The notes beneath the pieces are model-generated. The model searched no databases, was not told the DNA's origin, and saw nothing but the letters and a program-made list of their open reading frames with translations. Below are positions 8,060-16,786 of a stretch of DNA of 32,000 nucleotides, in pieces. Every line of letters begins with the position of its first letter. The first letter of the stretch is position 1. Source of the stretch: Candidatus Heimdallarchaeota archaeon (lineage in GTDB: Archaea > Asgardarchaeota > Heimdallarchaeia > JABLTI01); the NCBI GenBank assembly GCA_030614005.1, contig JAUWKS010000004.1, positions 83,438 through 115,437 on the forward strand, in the 5' to 3' direction. A program made the translations under genes and the position numbers.

Positions 8060-9016
8060 TTACTCTCGAGTTTCTTCACTCATGAATTTCTTCAATCGTG
8101 CTAATTCTCTCAGCATTTCCATTCTCAGACCACTTATACTTTGGCCATCGCCATCACCAGTTGGTGCGACAGGAGCTGTTGTAGGTGCGGCAGGTGTGGA
8201 CGTAGGAACAGGGGGAGGAGCCATATTTGATGTAGTGGGAGGAGCTATTGGGGAAGAGGAAGGTAATTTTGGTGGTAATGGAGGTGTTGAAACTATTGGA
8301 GGCGCTACGCTAGGAGGAACAACAGTTGTTGGTCTAGCGGTTGCGGATACAGGTGGAATTCTTGGGGGAGTAGGAATTGGTGAAGATGGTTTTGATGGGG
8401 GAGTGCCCAATGAGGGAGCTCTAGGAGGACCTATTGATGGAATACTTGGAGGACCAGTAGTTGGGGGGGCAGGGACACCAGGTACGCGGGGGGCAGTTGA
8501 AGGAATGCCGGGAGTACTTGAGGGAGGAGGTGGTATTGAACTTTGTCCAGTACTTGGAGCAATTTCGCCTCTTACTCGATCTCTTGATTGTTCTAAACTA
8601 TCTGCTAAAGATTTATATTCTTGAGCGCCAGATCTGCGTTTCAAATCAGTATCAATTTTTGCAATCCGAGCCTTATACCTATTTGCTAATGAATCACGAA
8701 TACTAGAACTAATTCTTTTAGATTTTCGTGCGTCTTTAACAGCAGACAAAGCAGTGCTTGCTGCAACGCGTTCTATTTGTAAAATAGCCATAACTTCTTT
8801 TGGATCTGCATTTGGTGCAGTTTCTTCACTCATCGGTTCAGATGATGCCAGAGCAGCTAAAGCAGAGACATCAACGCCTTTCTTCTTTCTCGAAGTTAGT
8901 ATGAAAATTATTATTATTACAATCACAACTAGCAACCATGCTAGCGAAATAAATATTACTGTGTTCCAAAAAAGACTTATTGTTGTAATTATATTAAAGA
9001 AATCTGCAATTGCCAA
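8060..9016 (-). CDS. Single-pass membrane protein: helical domain, proline-rich region, C-terminal amphipathic helix (function unknown)
   Basis: Hydrophobic segment at aa ~15-41 followed by RKKK; about 48 Pro in ~133 aa; ends SGLRMEMLRELARLKKFMSEETRE; TTG start. Confidence 0.85.
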   Translation of the reverse strand: MAIADFFNIITTISLFWNTVIFISLAWLLVVIVIIIIFILTSRKKKGVDVSALAALASSEPMSEETAPNADPKEVMAILQIERVAASTALSAVKDARKSKRISSSIRDSLANRYKARIAKIDTDLKRRSGAQEYKSLADSLEQSRDRVRGEIAPSTGQSSIPPPPSSTPGIPSTAPRVPGVPAPPTTGPPSIPSIGPPRAPSLGTPPSKPSSPIPTPPRIPPVSATARPTTVVPPSVAPPIVSTPPLPPKLPSSSPIAPPTTSNMAPPPVPTSTPAAPTTAPVAPTGDGDGQSISGLRMEMLRELARLKKFMSEETRE

Positions 9017-9080
9017 TTACATTTGCCCCTTAAACATTAATTCATTGAGTATTATCTATTTTTCTAATTACCCATTTTAG

Positions 9081-9101
9081 TACCGAAAATATTTTTCGGT
9101 A
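9081..9101. promoter_or_regulatory. 9-bp inverted repeat TACCGAAAA-TAT-TTTTCGGTA
   Basis: Exact dyad 65-85 nt upstream of the Pro-rich protein start. Confidence 0.4.
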
Positions 9102-9319
9102 TCTGCGAAAGTAAAAACTTTCATTTAGATGTTATCCTATGCTTTCTTATAAGACCTTTGATAAAGACATAACTGAGGTCTTGTTCCTATCGAAAACATT
9201 TCCTTCTTTGTTATTAATAATTACTGTCTGGGCATATTAAATTATTTTCTATGGTTATTGAGTGAAAATGCTCTTTTTTCTTTTTAAACTAATATATCAT
9301 CAAAATCATATACAAAAAC

Positions 9320-9670
9320 TCAACTTTCTTTGACAGGAGGAAATCGAAGGTTGTTTTTGATCATTTTTTCTGTTACAACTTCAAATATATCAATATCAAG
9401 TGTGCGTGCTAGACTTACGGTATAAATAATTATATCTGCAATTTCGTCTTCAATTTCAGTCATTAGTTTCTTACTTGTTGTAACTTCTAGAGCAGAAGGA
9501 TTGATCCATTGGAAAATTTCCATTAATTCCGCAGCTTCAATGGATATGGACATAGCAATATTTTTGGGCGTATGATATTCTTTCCAATTTCTTTCTTCTA
9601 AGAATTTGTCCAGTTTTCTTTTCAAGTATTCGAATTGATCATTTGATTTCTCTGAAGTCAATAAATTCAC
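9320..9670 (-). CDS. MazG-like nucleotide pyrophosphohydrolase (DCTPP1/RS21-C6 type)
   Basis: RNWKEYHTPKNIAMSISIEAAELMEIFQW...EDEIADI, the all-alpha NTP-PPase EXXE...EXXD motif; GTG start. Confidence 0.88.
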   Translation of the reverse strand: MNLLTSEKSNDQFEYLKRKLDKFLEERNWKEYHTPKNIAMSISIEAAELMEIFQWINPSALEVTTSKKLMTEIEDEIADIIIYTVSLARTLDIDIFEVVTEKMIKNNLRFPPVKES

Positions 9671-9708
9671 TCCAGTTTATGATTGAGCTACCAAAAAGAT
9701 AAAAACCC

Positions 9709-9727
9709 TTCCCTAACCTTTAGGGAA
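9709..9727. promoter_or_regulatory. 8-bp inverted repeat TTCCCTAA-CCT-TTAGGGAA in a divergent intergenic region
   Basis: Exact dyad between the divergent MazG-like and Nop2/RsmB starts. Confidence 0.35.
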
Positions 9728-9753
9728 AGTAGGTAATAACAAAGGTGAATTAA

Positions 9754-10716
9754 TTGGTTTCAATTGAAGCAGAAAAATTAGCTAAGAAATTTGGTTATTT
9801 AAAAAGTACCATTGAAAGGTTTATCGCATCTTTTGGTTTAACTGAAACGGAAAAAATGTTAGAAGCATATGAACTGAAACCTCCTTCAACAATAAGAGTA
9901 AATACATTGAAGATTTCTGCTACAGAATTAAATGAAAAACTAACGAGTAAAGGTTTCAAACTCATACCTAGTGAATGGTATGCTAATGGATATGTTGTTA
10001 CAAACGAACCCTTTTCTTTGGGAGGTACAACAGAATATCTTTCAGGATATTATTTCATTCAATCAAAAGCATCTTGGTTACCTGTATTATTACTTGATCC
10101 AAAACCAGATGAAACTGTTATCGATATGGCAGCTGCACCAGGAGGAAAGGCAACACACATAGCCCAATTAATGAATAATACGGGCACACTTTTTTGCCTT
10201 GACATCTCCAGAGAACGAATAAAATCTCTCCGTTCAAACCTTGGAAGATGTGGAATAAAAAATGTTATTTGTAAACGAATGGACGCTCGAGATATAGGTA
10301 ACCTAAATCTAAAAGTAGATAAAATTCTTTTAGACGCACCATGTAGTGGTGAAGGTTTAATGGCAATTGATAAATCTAGAAGAACTGCAAGAAATGAAGA
10401 AGATATTGCTCGTATGGCAGATTTACAAAAACAATTGTTCGAAGCAGCTCTAAAGGTTCTAAAAAAGGATGGTGTTATTGTTTATTCAACTTGTTCTACA
10501 GCACCTGAAGAAAATGAAGAAATTATTGATGAAATGCTGAAACAATATAATTTGGTTATTGAGAAGACAGAACTAGGTAATTTTAGTTCTGGCTTAATTT
10601 CAGTGCAAAATAAAACATACAGCAAAGATTTACTGAAAGCAATTAGGTTGTATCCACACTTACATAAAACTGAAGGGTTTTTCGCATGCAAACTTAGATA
10701 TTTAGGAGAAGGATAA
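9754..10716 (+). CDS. RsmB/NOP2 family RNA m5C methyltransferase
   Basis: DMAAAPGGK SAM motif, DAPCSGEG (motif IV), YSTCS (motif VI), PEENE, C-terminal GFFACKL. Confidence 0.95.
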   Translation: MVSIEAEKLAKKFGYLKSTIERFIASFGLTETEKMLEAYELKPPSTIRVNTLKISATELNEKLTSKGFKLIPSEWYANGYVVTNEPFSLGGTTEYLSGYYFIQSKASWLPVLLLDPKPDETVIDMAAAPGGKATHIAQLMNNTGTLFCLDISRERIKSLRSNLGRCGIKNVICKRMDARDIGNLNLKVDKILLDAPCSGEGLMAIDKSRRTARNEEDIARMADLQKQLFEAALKVLKKDGVIVYSTCSTAPEENEEIIDEMLKQYNLVIEKTELGNFSSGLISVQNKTYSKDLLKAIRLYPHLHKTEGFFACKLRYLGEG

Positions 10717-10717
10717 A

Positions 10718-11263
10718 ATGGCAATTATTTTTAGAAAATTAAATCAAATAGAGGAAGAGCAATTAGATAAGGAACTATCTTATTGGATCTCAGAAGATAA
10801 CAAACAGCGATTATATCTTGAGAACAGATTTATGGTTGGGGAAGGTAATTGGAGAGAACTATTCATAGTTAATCCTACAACATATGAGCTAGTAATTAAT
10901 GATGAAATGATTTCACCCTATAGTGTTGGATTGGGATTTGGAGAGTACAAGAAATCAGGTCTTTTATTAAGTTTAGGCGGTGCGGGTATTCTCTGCAACC
11001 AAACTGAAATAAAAGCAGTATTAGTAGATGAAGCTGAACAGCTCTTTCTTTTCAAGAGAGATATAATATCAACATCTATTTCACAAATAACAAAAAAGGT
11101 GAACATAGGAGATAAAGTAATTGTTGTAAACACAAAGAACGAATTTTTAGGTGTTGGAAAACTAGAACAAATTTTGGATGATATCATAAATCATAAGGAT
11201 ACAAGAAGTATTGCACTAAGAAATATCATTGATCTAGGGTGGTTTCTTCGAAAAGGAAAATAA
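10718..11263 (+). CDS. NIP7-like / PUA-domain ribosome biogenesis protein
   Basis: AEQLFLFKRDI, GDKVIVVN...FLGVG and C-terminal DLGWFLR; 1 nt after the Nop2/RsmB gene, a common archaeal pairing. Confidence 0.82.
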   Translation: MAIIFRKLNQIEEEQLDKELSYWISEDNKQRLYLENRFMVGEGNWRELFIVNPTTYELVINDEMISPYSVGLGFGEYKKSGLLLSLGGAGILCNQTEIKAVLVDEAEQLFLFKRDIISTSISQITKKVNIGDKVIVVNTKNEFLGVGKLEQILDDIINHKDTRSIALRNIIDLGWFLRKGK

Positions 11264-11306
11264 AGCAATTGATATCCTGAAATGGGAATCAATTGTATTT
11301 TGAAGA

Positions 11307-12017
11307 CTATTTTGATGCAGGAGCATCAAATTTACAGCTCTCAATGAAAATAACTTCAGTTCTACTAGGAAAAATTTTGTTGATATCACTTGCAAGACGT
11401 ATTTTTCTAAATTGAATATATAGATCTTTAGTGATAATTTCTTCTGGCATAGTTATGGTAATTTTATCTTTTTCATCTTTGATTGCAAAAGTACTGATAT
11501 CAATTCCAGTCATCCTAAAGACAACAAGTGCTTCAAGTTTTTTCTTGACAGTAGTTATTCTCTCAATAATTTCAACAGAATATACAATAGTTTGGCCAAC
11601 TAAAGGATGGTTGAAATCAACTCTTACTCTACCACCAAGAACTGAGATAATAATACCATTCTGATTGCCCCATTGAATTTGTCGACCAATTTCAGGAAAA
11701 ATATTCTTTGCAACTAGTTCTTTTCTACCTAGTAGTTTTACTTTTGAGGTGTCTTTAAAACCAAATGTTTCCTCGGGGGGAATATCTACTTTAAATTTAT
11801 CTCCGGCTTCTTTTCCAATAACGGCATCATTTACACGTTTGAGAAACATTTCTTCATTACCAACAATCATTAATCTAGGACCGTAACTATTCTTCTCATC
11901 ATAGAGGTTTTCTTTCTTTGCAAGATCTTCATCTGAAGTTTCAATAATTTGCTTTGTTTCTTTGACCTTCAAAGTATAATTTATCCGAATAAAATCGTCC
12001 ATCTTGATTTTTGCCAT
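11307..12017 (-). CDS. Archaeal long-type FKBP peptidyl-prolyl isomerase (SlyD-like)
   Basis: DFIRINYT, IPPEETFG, IF-domain insert, RVRVDFNHPLVG, plus the C-terminal domain of long archaeal FKBPs. Confidence 0.9.
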   Translation of the reverse strand: MAKIKMDDFIRINYTLKVKETKQIIETSDEDLAKKENLYDEKNSYGPRLMIVGNEEMFLKRVNDAVIGKEAGDKFKVDIPPEETFGFKDTSKVKLLGRKELVAKNIFPEIGRQIQWGNQNGIIISVLGGRVRVDFNHPLVGQTIVYSVEIIERITTVKKKLEALVVFRMTGIDISTFAIKDEKDKITITMPEEIITKDLYIQFRKIRLASDINKIFPSRTEVIFIESCKFDAPASK

Positions 12018-12175
12018 TTTTCTAACACCGAAATTTACTTGACAACCTTCTATTTGCTAAACAACACTCATCTTAAATTGGTTTATTCAAAAGATTTGTG
12101 TTCATTTAAGCAAAAACAGCACTCAATATTAAAACTCTAGTACAATACAAACAATATATTTGAGCGATTGTTTTG

Positions 12176-13135
12176 TTATTCTCTTAAAATCAAAGACTTG
12201 AAGGAAAGATAGAGTCTTGATTTGCTTTCAGCAGGCAAAGCTCCATACCTACTCAGTATACTGTCGAATTCAGCCTCATTTATGGGACCAATCCCAACAG
12301 CAGTTCGAGTTCCTGGAATTAATTGGGTTTTACCAGCATCTCTAATAATTGAACAATCAAATTTCATCTTAGACACTGTTGAATATATGCCTAGTAGATT
12401 CTCTTCTCCTTTAACAGTCCAAACTTCAATAGGATTCTGTTCAAAATCCCATGTTTGGCCACGTTGTGGTAGCAAGGATACAATTGCATGTGCTGCTTGT
12501 GTTGCAAATTTGCCCTTACCCATATGAATGTCCTTTCGTAAAACTACTCCAATCATTTTTTTTGATAAACGCTTTAATCTATCAAGTTTGACAACCAGGA
12601 CTTTATTACTTTGCCAAAATGCTTCGATGGAATTTTTACCCCACCAACCCTTAATTTGCGGGGAATAAATTAAATCCAATTTATGGAATGGTATTTGACC
12701 AGTTGTTAATACAAAACCTTCACTATCTTCACCATGTATTTGAAGTAATTTTGATCCTTGAAATTCCTTGCCTAGTTTTTTTATTACACGACGAATAGCA
12801 ATATCGTTGAGATGAACAGTATCTGTTTCTTGTATAGAGTAATCAAATTTTGAATCAATATTTGAAGGATTGGTATCATATATATCTTGAGCAGTAAGTA
12901 TTAACCAATCTAATAATTCAGGGTTTTTTATAAAAAATTGATAATAGCTCTCTTCAAAATAAACTAGTGCTTCATCTCGAGACAGTAACTTTCCGTCAAC
13001 TAAATGAGCAATTTTCCAATTGTCTTTTCCAAATTTATTTTCTAATTCGGCCCTTCGTAAAGCTTTTTTTCGACCAGCAAAGCCGGGTCGTCCTAATATT
13101 GCCCATCCGTCTATGATTTTTTTTATGTTTATCAA
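12176..13135 (-). CDS. pth2: Peptidyl-tRNA hydrolase Pth2 fused to a ~190-aa N-terminal domain of unknown family
   Basis: C-terminal ~125 aa: VLRKDIHMGKGKFATQAAHA...IRDAGKTQLIPGTRTAVGIGP. N-terminal part not recognised. Confidence 0.85.
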   Translation of the reverse strand: MINIKKIIDGWAILGRPGFAGRKKALRRAELENKFGKDNWKIAHLVDGKLLSRDEALVYFEESYYQFFIKNPELLDWLILTAQDIYDTNPSNIDSKFDYSIQETDTVHLNDIAIRRVIKKLGKEFQGSKLLQIHGEDSEGFVLTTGQIPFHKLDLIYSPQIKGWWGKNSIEAFWQSNKVLVVKLDRLKRLSKKMIGVVLRKDIHMGKGKFATQAAHAIVSLLPQRGQTWDFEQNPIEVWTVKGEENLLGIYSTVSKMKFDCSIIRDAGKTQLIPGTRTAVGIGPINEAEFDSILSRYGALPAESKSRLYLSFKSLILRE

Positions 13136-13321
13136 TGACTAAATCCTTCTTGAAGTCTATACTGGAACATTTACTAAAAAAATTGCTCGATTTGGCATAC
13201 AAATTTTGATTTGATTAATTTTTTTTATTAAATTAAAGTGGATAAGGGAACTATAGCACAATAATTCTGTAATTAAAAACAGAAAGTAGAATGTCAAAGT
13301 AAAGTAAAACATCCAAAGGGA

Positions 13322-13618
13322 TTAAATTGTTGGTGGATGTTTCTGAAGCTCTTGTTCCTTTGACATAGTTTTAAGTTGTTCTTTTGTAAATTTCACTTTG
13401 ATAGTACCATCAGCTTGTAAAGATGCATCTCGCGTATGTATTTTAACTACATCTTTAAAACCCCAAGGAACTTTTTTATCGATCTCTATTTCAATGAAAT
13501 CTGCTGAAAGTCTTTCATATTTCTCCCTGATAACACTTTTAATGATGCCTGCTTTGACTCCATTGGCATCTATGACTATTTTAAATTTTAGACTATCCGG
13601 GGTAATCTTTTGGTTCAA
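13322..13618 (-). CDS. PRC-barrel-like small protein
   Basis: LKFKIVIDANGVKAGIIKSV resembles the PRC-barrel N-terminal pattern (hhGKxVxDxxGxxhGxhxDh); 98 aa; TTG start. Confidence 0.6.
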   Translation of the reverse strand: MNQKITPDSLKFKIVIDANGVKAGIIKSVIREKYERLSADFIEIEIDKKVPWGFKDVVKIHTRDASLQADGTIKVKFTKEQLKTMSKEQELQKHPPTI

Positions 13619-13726
13619 ACTTTTTTACTCCTTTGACTTTCTGATTAATTTAATTATTAATATATTTTGTAATTACTTTGGTTTTAATCTCTTTTGTTAA
13701 CTAAAACAATTTGCTAATAGGCAAAA

Positions 13727-15028
13727 TTAAACCAGAAATATGAATGTAAAGAAAAGTATCAAAGATGAGCTTAATAAATTCGATAAAGCAGCTATAATCG
13801 GCACAGCAATATTATCAGGATCTAAGCCTTTCTTGTAACTAAATATTATCAAAAGAAAAACCAGGCCTTGTATTATTACATACCCGAAAAGGTTGATTAA
13901 GAGTGCAATTCCAAGAACTAATCCCATATTAGAAAAATCACCGACAATTATTGACCCGAATATACCATAAATGATGTGAAGAAATAAACCAGATATACCA
14001 ACTCCGATTAAATTCGTCCAAAGATCTTTGTCTTTTATTGATTTTAGGTTTGGTTTAAGAGTACCTATTGCAAGGTTAGTAGAGGTAGTATTAGCAACAA
14101 TTGTGCATTCATCACCCAAAGTATCAATTAAAGCAGGATAAATTAGGAATAAACCTCTAAGGTTAGTTAGCGCAACATCAGCTCTACTTAAAATACCACC
14201 AGTTAGTGAATTAATGGTCAATGTTACAGATTGAATTGGTATTGCTTGTTTGAGGATTTTACGATATGTCTTTTTCTTAATATTTCGACCAAAGATAAAA
14301 CCCATGAAACCTAGGTATAACGCAAATGGAATAAGCAAGAAATATGTTGGCGCAGTAATTGTTGTCCATTCACCTGTTTCTAAAAACCAATTACCAGGTT
14401 TTATTATCATTATTATTAAAGCATAAAATAAGGTACTTAGAATGTTGTTGACTGTTGACATCGTTGGATAGACCCACATATCAGGATTCATTTTCTTTTT
14501 GTACATGAAAAAAGCCAAAAAACTCGAAACTTGAGAGGAAATCAAAGATGCTAGAGTTAGAGTTAGTATAGGAATAACGAGAAAAGGAACAGGATTGAGA
14601 ATTCTTGCAGGGCCTAATGCAATTAGATTTGTAATGTAGGAAATTAAACCAATCCACAAACCATTAAAAGTACCTAATGTTAACACAGAGGCAATTAAGG
14701 TATAGTAGTATTGCGTATTTTTAAACAGTTGAGGTTTTATTGAACCTAAATGTAAACCAGTGCCTAGATTACTAACCAGCACACCAATACCACCATCTGA
14801 AGATAACAAGGGAGGATAAAACAAAATGATAAAAGCGCTAGCATAAGCTAAATTATTCTGAATAGCAAAGTCACTATCAAAATTCATGAAGGTAAATGTG
14901 CCAATGCTTCCTGCGCCTAAACCGAAAACATCAAACAGGAGAGCTAGGAATGATTGAAACACAATCAACATAATAATTCTGATTGTTGTAGGTTTCTTGA
15001 ACCATTCTTTGATCTTTTTTAAGCGCAA
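13727..15028 (-). CDS. MgtE/SLC41-like transporter, two integral-membrane repeats, no CBS domains (paralogue B)
   Basis: PPLL...GTGLHLG and KMNPD...P repeat 1; PALID and GLDPDNIAVP repeat 2; about 10-12 hydrophobic segments. Confidence 0.85.
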   Translation of the reverse strand: MRLKKIKEWFKKPTTIRIIMLIVFQSFLALLFDVFGLGAGSIGTFTFMNFDSDFAIQNNLAYASAFIILFYPPLLSSDGGIGVLVSNLGTGLHLGSIKPQLFKNTQYYYTLIASVLTLGTFNGLWIGLISYITNLIALGPARILNPVPFLVIPILTLTLASLISSQVSSFLAFFMYKKKMNPDMWVYPTMSTVNNILSTLFYALIIMIIKPGNWFLETGEWTTITAPTYFLLIPFALYLGFMGFIFGRNIKKKTYRKILKQAIPIQSVTLTINSLTGGILSRADVALTNLRGLFLIYPALIDTLGDECTIVANTTSTNLAIGTLKPNLKSIKDKDLWTNLIGVGISGLFLHIIYGIFGSIIVGDFSNMGLVLGIALLINLFGYVIIQGLVFLLIIFSYKKGLDPDNIAVPIIAALSNLLSSSLILFFTFIFLV

Positions 15029-15299
15029 TTTAATTTACTCTCCAGTAACAAGTAGGGGCAAATAAGGGTAAAGAGGTGGAATTCCTATAGAAAAGGAAAA
15101 CTATCTCCTATGATTCGCCAAATATAACATGGTCTCTTTTAATTTTTCGATTATTTAGCAAATATCTAAGTGCTATTCACTAAGAAAAAGCACCTATTGT
15201 TAAAGCAAAATACTACAAGTAATTCTATGTTTTTAGACTATTTTAATGTTTCAAAATAGGAAATGTCAATTTTAACTTTGAGGGGGAAAAAATTCTAAA

Positions 15300-16685
15300 T
15301 TAAATAAGAACCGTTGCTGAAACTAAAGTTCGTACAGCTTCTGTAACAGTTTCATGTCCACCTACGCCAGGCAGCATAACAAAGGCGAAGATTATTATGA
15401 ATCCTGCTGTTGCTAAATCAGCTAAACATGCTGATAATGGGATTGCAAAATTATCTGGGTCGATTTCTTTTCGAAAAGCAAATATTGACAGTACAAACAT
15501 TAACGATCCGACTATAATGAAAGCAAGTATATTAGCAATTAACGTTACAACCATTACTAAAAGTATCAACCAAATAACCGCAATGCCTAATTCTGCAGAT
15601 ACGGCTCTTACTGTACTTAGCTTAATTAATGTGCCAATTATACCTAAGAATAACGTTACAACTAACCCTCCGGCACCAATGCCTAAATAAATTGCCCAAA
15701 CATTCGGCTTCTTAGCTGATTTTAGTTCGGGTTCTACATAACCAGCTGAAAAGTCAGTAATTAGCATATTAACAAAGATAGCACTTTGATCAACCACGGT
15801 ATTAATTAAAGCAGGAAAAGCTACAAGCAGTTGTGGATATAATTCCAAAGCAACTTCACCTTTTGATAAAGTAACACCAGTAATAGTACCTATAACTACA
15901 CTGGCAACTACGGCGAACATAGCTTCTTTCATCATTTTTTTGTACTCACGATCTTTGAGATTTTTTATAATCACAAAAATAATACCTGCAATTGCCATTA
16001 AAGCAGGAATTATTGCTATATACGTCCCCAATAACTCACTATTTGATGCTACAGCAAAAACATCTCCAACTCCTTCGACTGTTGTTAGTGCCCCCCAAGG
16101 TTTCAGTATTGCCAAAACACCAGCATAAATCATTGTAATGAGAATATTATTTGTTGTAGACATTACTGGCACAACATAAACATCTGGATTTAATCCCTTC
16201 TTATACACAAAAAATGAAACCGCACTGGTGATTTGAGTGGAAATCAGTGCAGTGACAGACATAACTAAGATTGGAATAACTAGAAACAATGTTGGATTTA
16301 AAACTCTGACACCCGCTGGAAAAATTAGAAGATTCATAATGTAAGTAACAATTCCTACTAAGAAAGCATCTAACATGGCTATAGTCAAAGTAGAGGCTAC
16401 TAAACTTCGATAAACGGGAGTGTTTTTTCTAAAAGTTGGTTTAACGCTACCCAAATTCAAACCTGTACCCAGTTTCCCGGCTAGTACTGCAATATCACCT
16501 CTGGCAGCGAGTAAAGGACCATAAATTAATATAATCCATTTAATCTTTTCAGTGTCCATTAAAAATGAGGCTATAGTACCAGAAACAATTCCACCTGAAT
16601 TAAATGCGAGAGCTATCATAGCTTGGAGGAACATACCAATAAACAAATTAATCGCAGTTTTTTTAGCTATATTTGTCTTCGACAT
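15300..16685 (-). CDS. MgtE/SLC41-like transporter, two integral-membrane repeats, no CBS domains (paralogue A)
   Basis: GPLL...GTGLNLG and GLNPD...P repeat 1; PALIN and IDPDNFAIPLSACLADL repeat 2. Confidence 0.85.
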   Translation of the reverse strand: MSKTNIAKKTAINLFIGMFLQAMIALAFNSGGIVSGTIASFLMDTEKIKWIILIYGPLLAARGDIAVLAGKLGTGLNLGSVKPTFRKNTPVYRSLVASTLTIAMLDAFLVGIVTYIMNLLIFPAGVRVLNPTLFLVIPILVMSVTALISTQITSAVSFFVYKKGLNPDVYVVPVMSTTNNILITMIYAGVLAILKPWGALTTVEGVGDVFAVASNSELLGTYIAIIPALMAIAGIIFVIIKNLKDREYKKMMKEAMFAVVASVVIGTITGVTLSKGEVALELYPQLLVAFPALINTVVDQSAIFVNMLITDFSAGYVEPELKSAKKPNVWAIYLGIGAGGLVVTLFLGIIGTLIKLSTVRAVSAELGIAVIWLILLVMVVTLIANILAFIIVGSLMFVLSIFAFRKEIDPDNFAIPLSACLADLATAGFIIIFAFVMLPGVGGHETVTEAVRTLVSATVLI

Positions 16686-16786
16686 TTATTTCACCAAAGC
16701 GGTTGAACTGTACCATTGGGCAAGTAAATCACTCACCTAACAGTTGTAGTAAATTAGTCGCCAACGTTTGAAATTCGACTGCAAGT

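Noticed and set aside
8082-8624. 180-aa Gly-rich ORF on the + strand
   Set aside because: Antisense shadow of the Pro-rich gene (CCN codons read as GGN); no independent features.
15029-15299. 271-nt spacer between the MgtE paralogues as a metal riboswitch
   Set aside because: Only weak 4-5 bp pairings found; no M-box or yybP-like consensus recognisable by eye.
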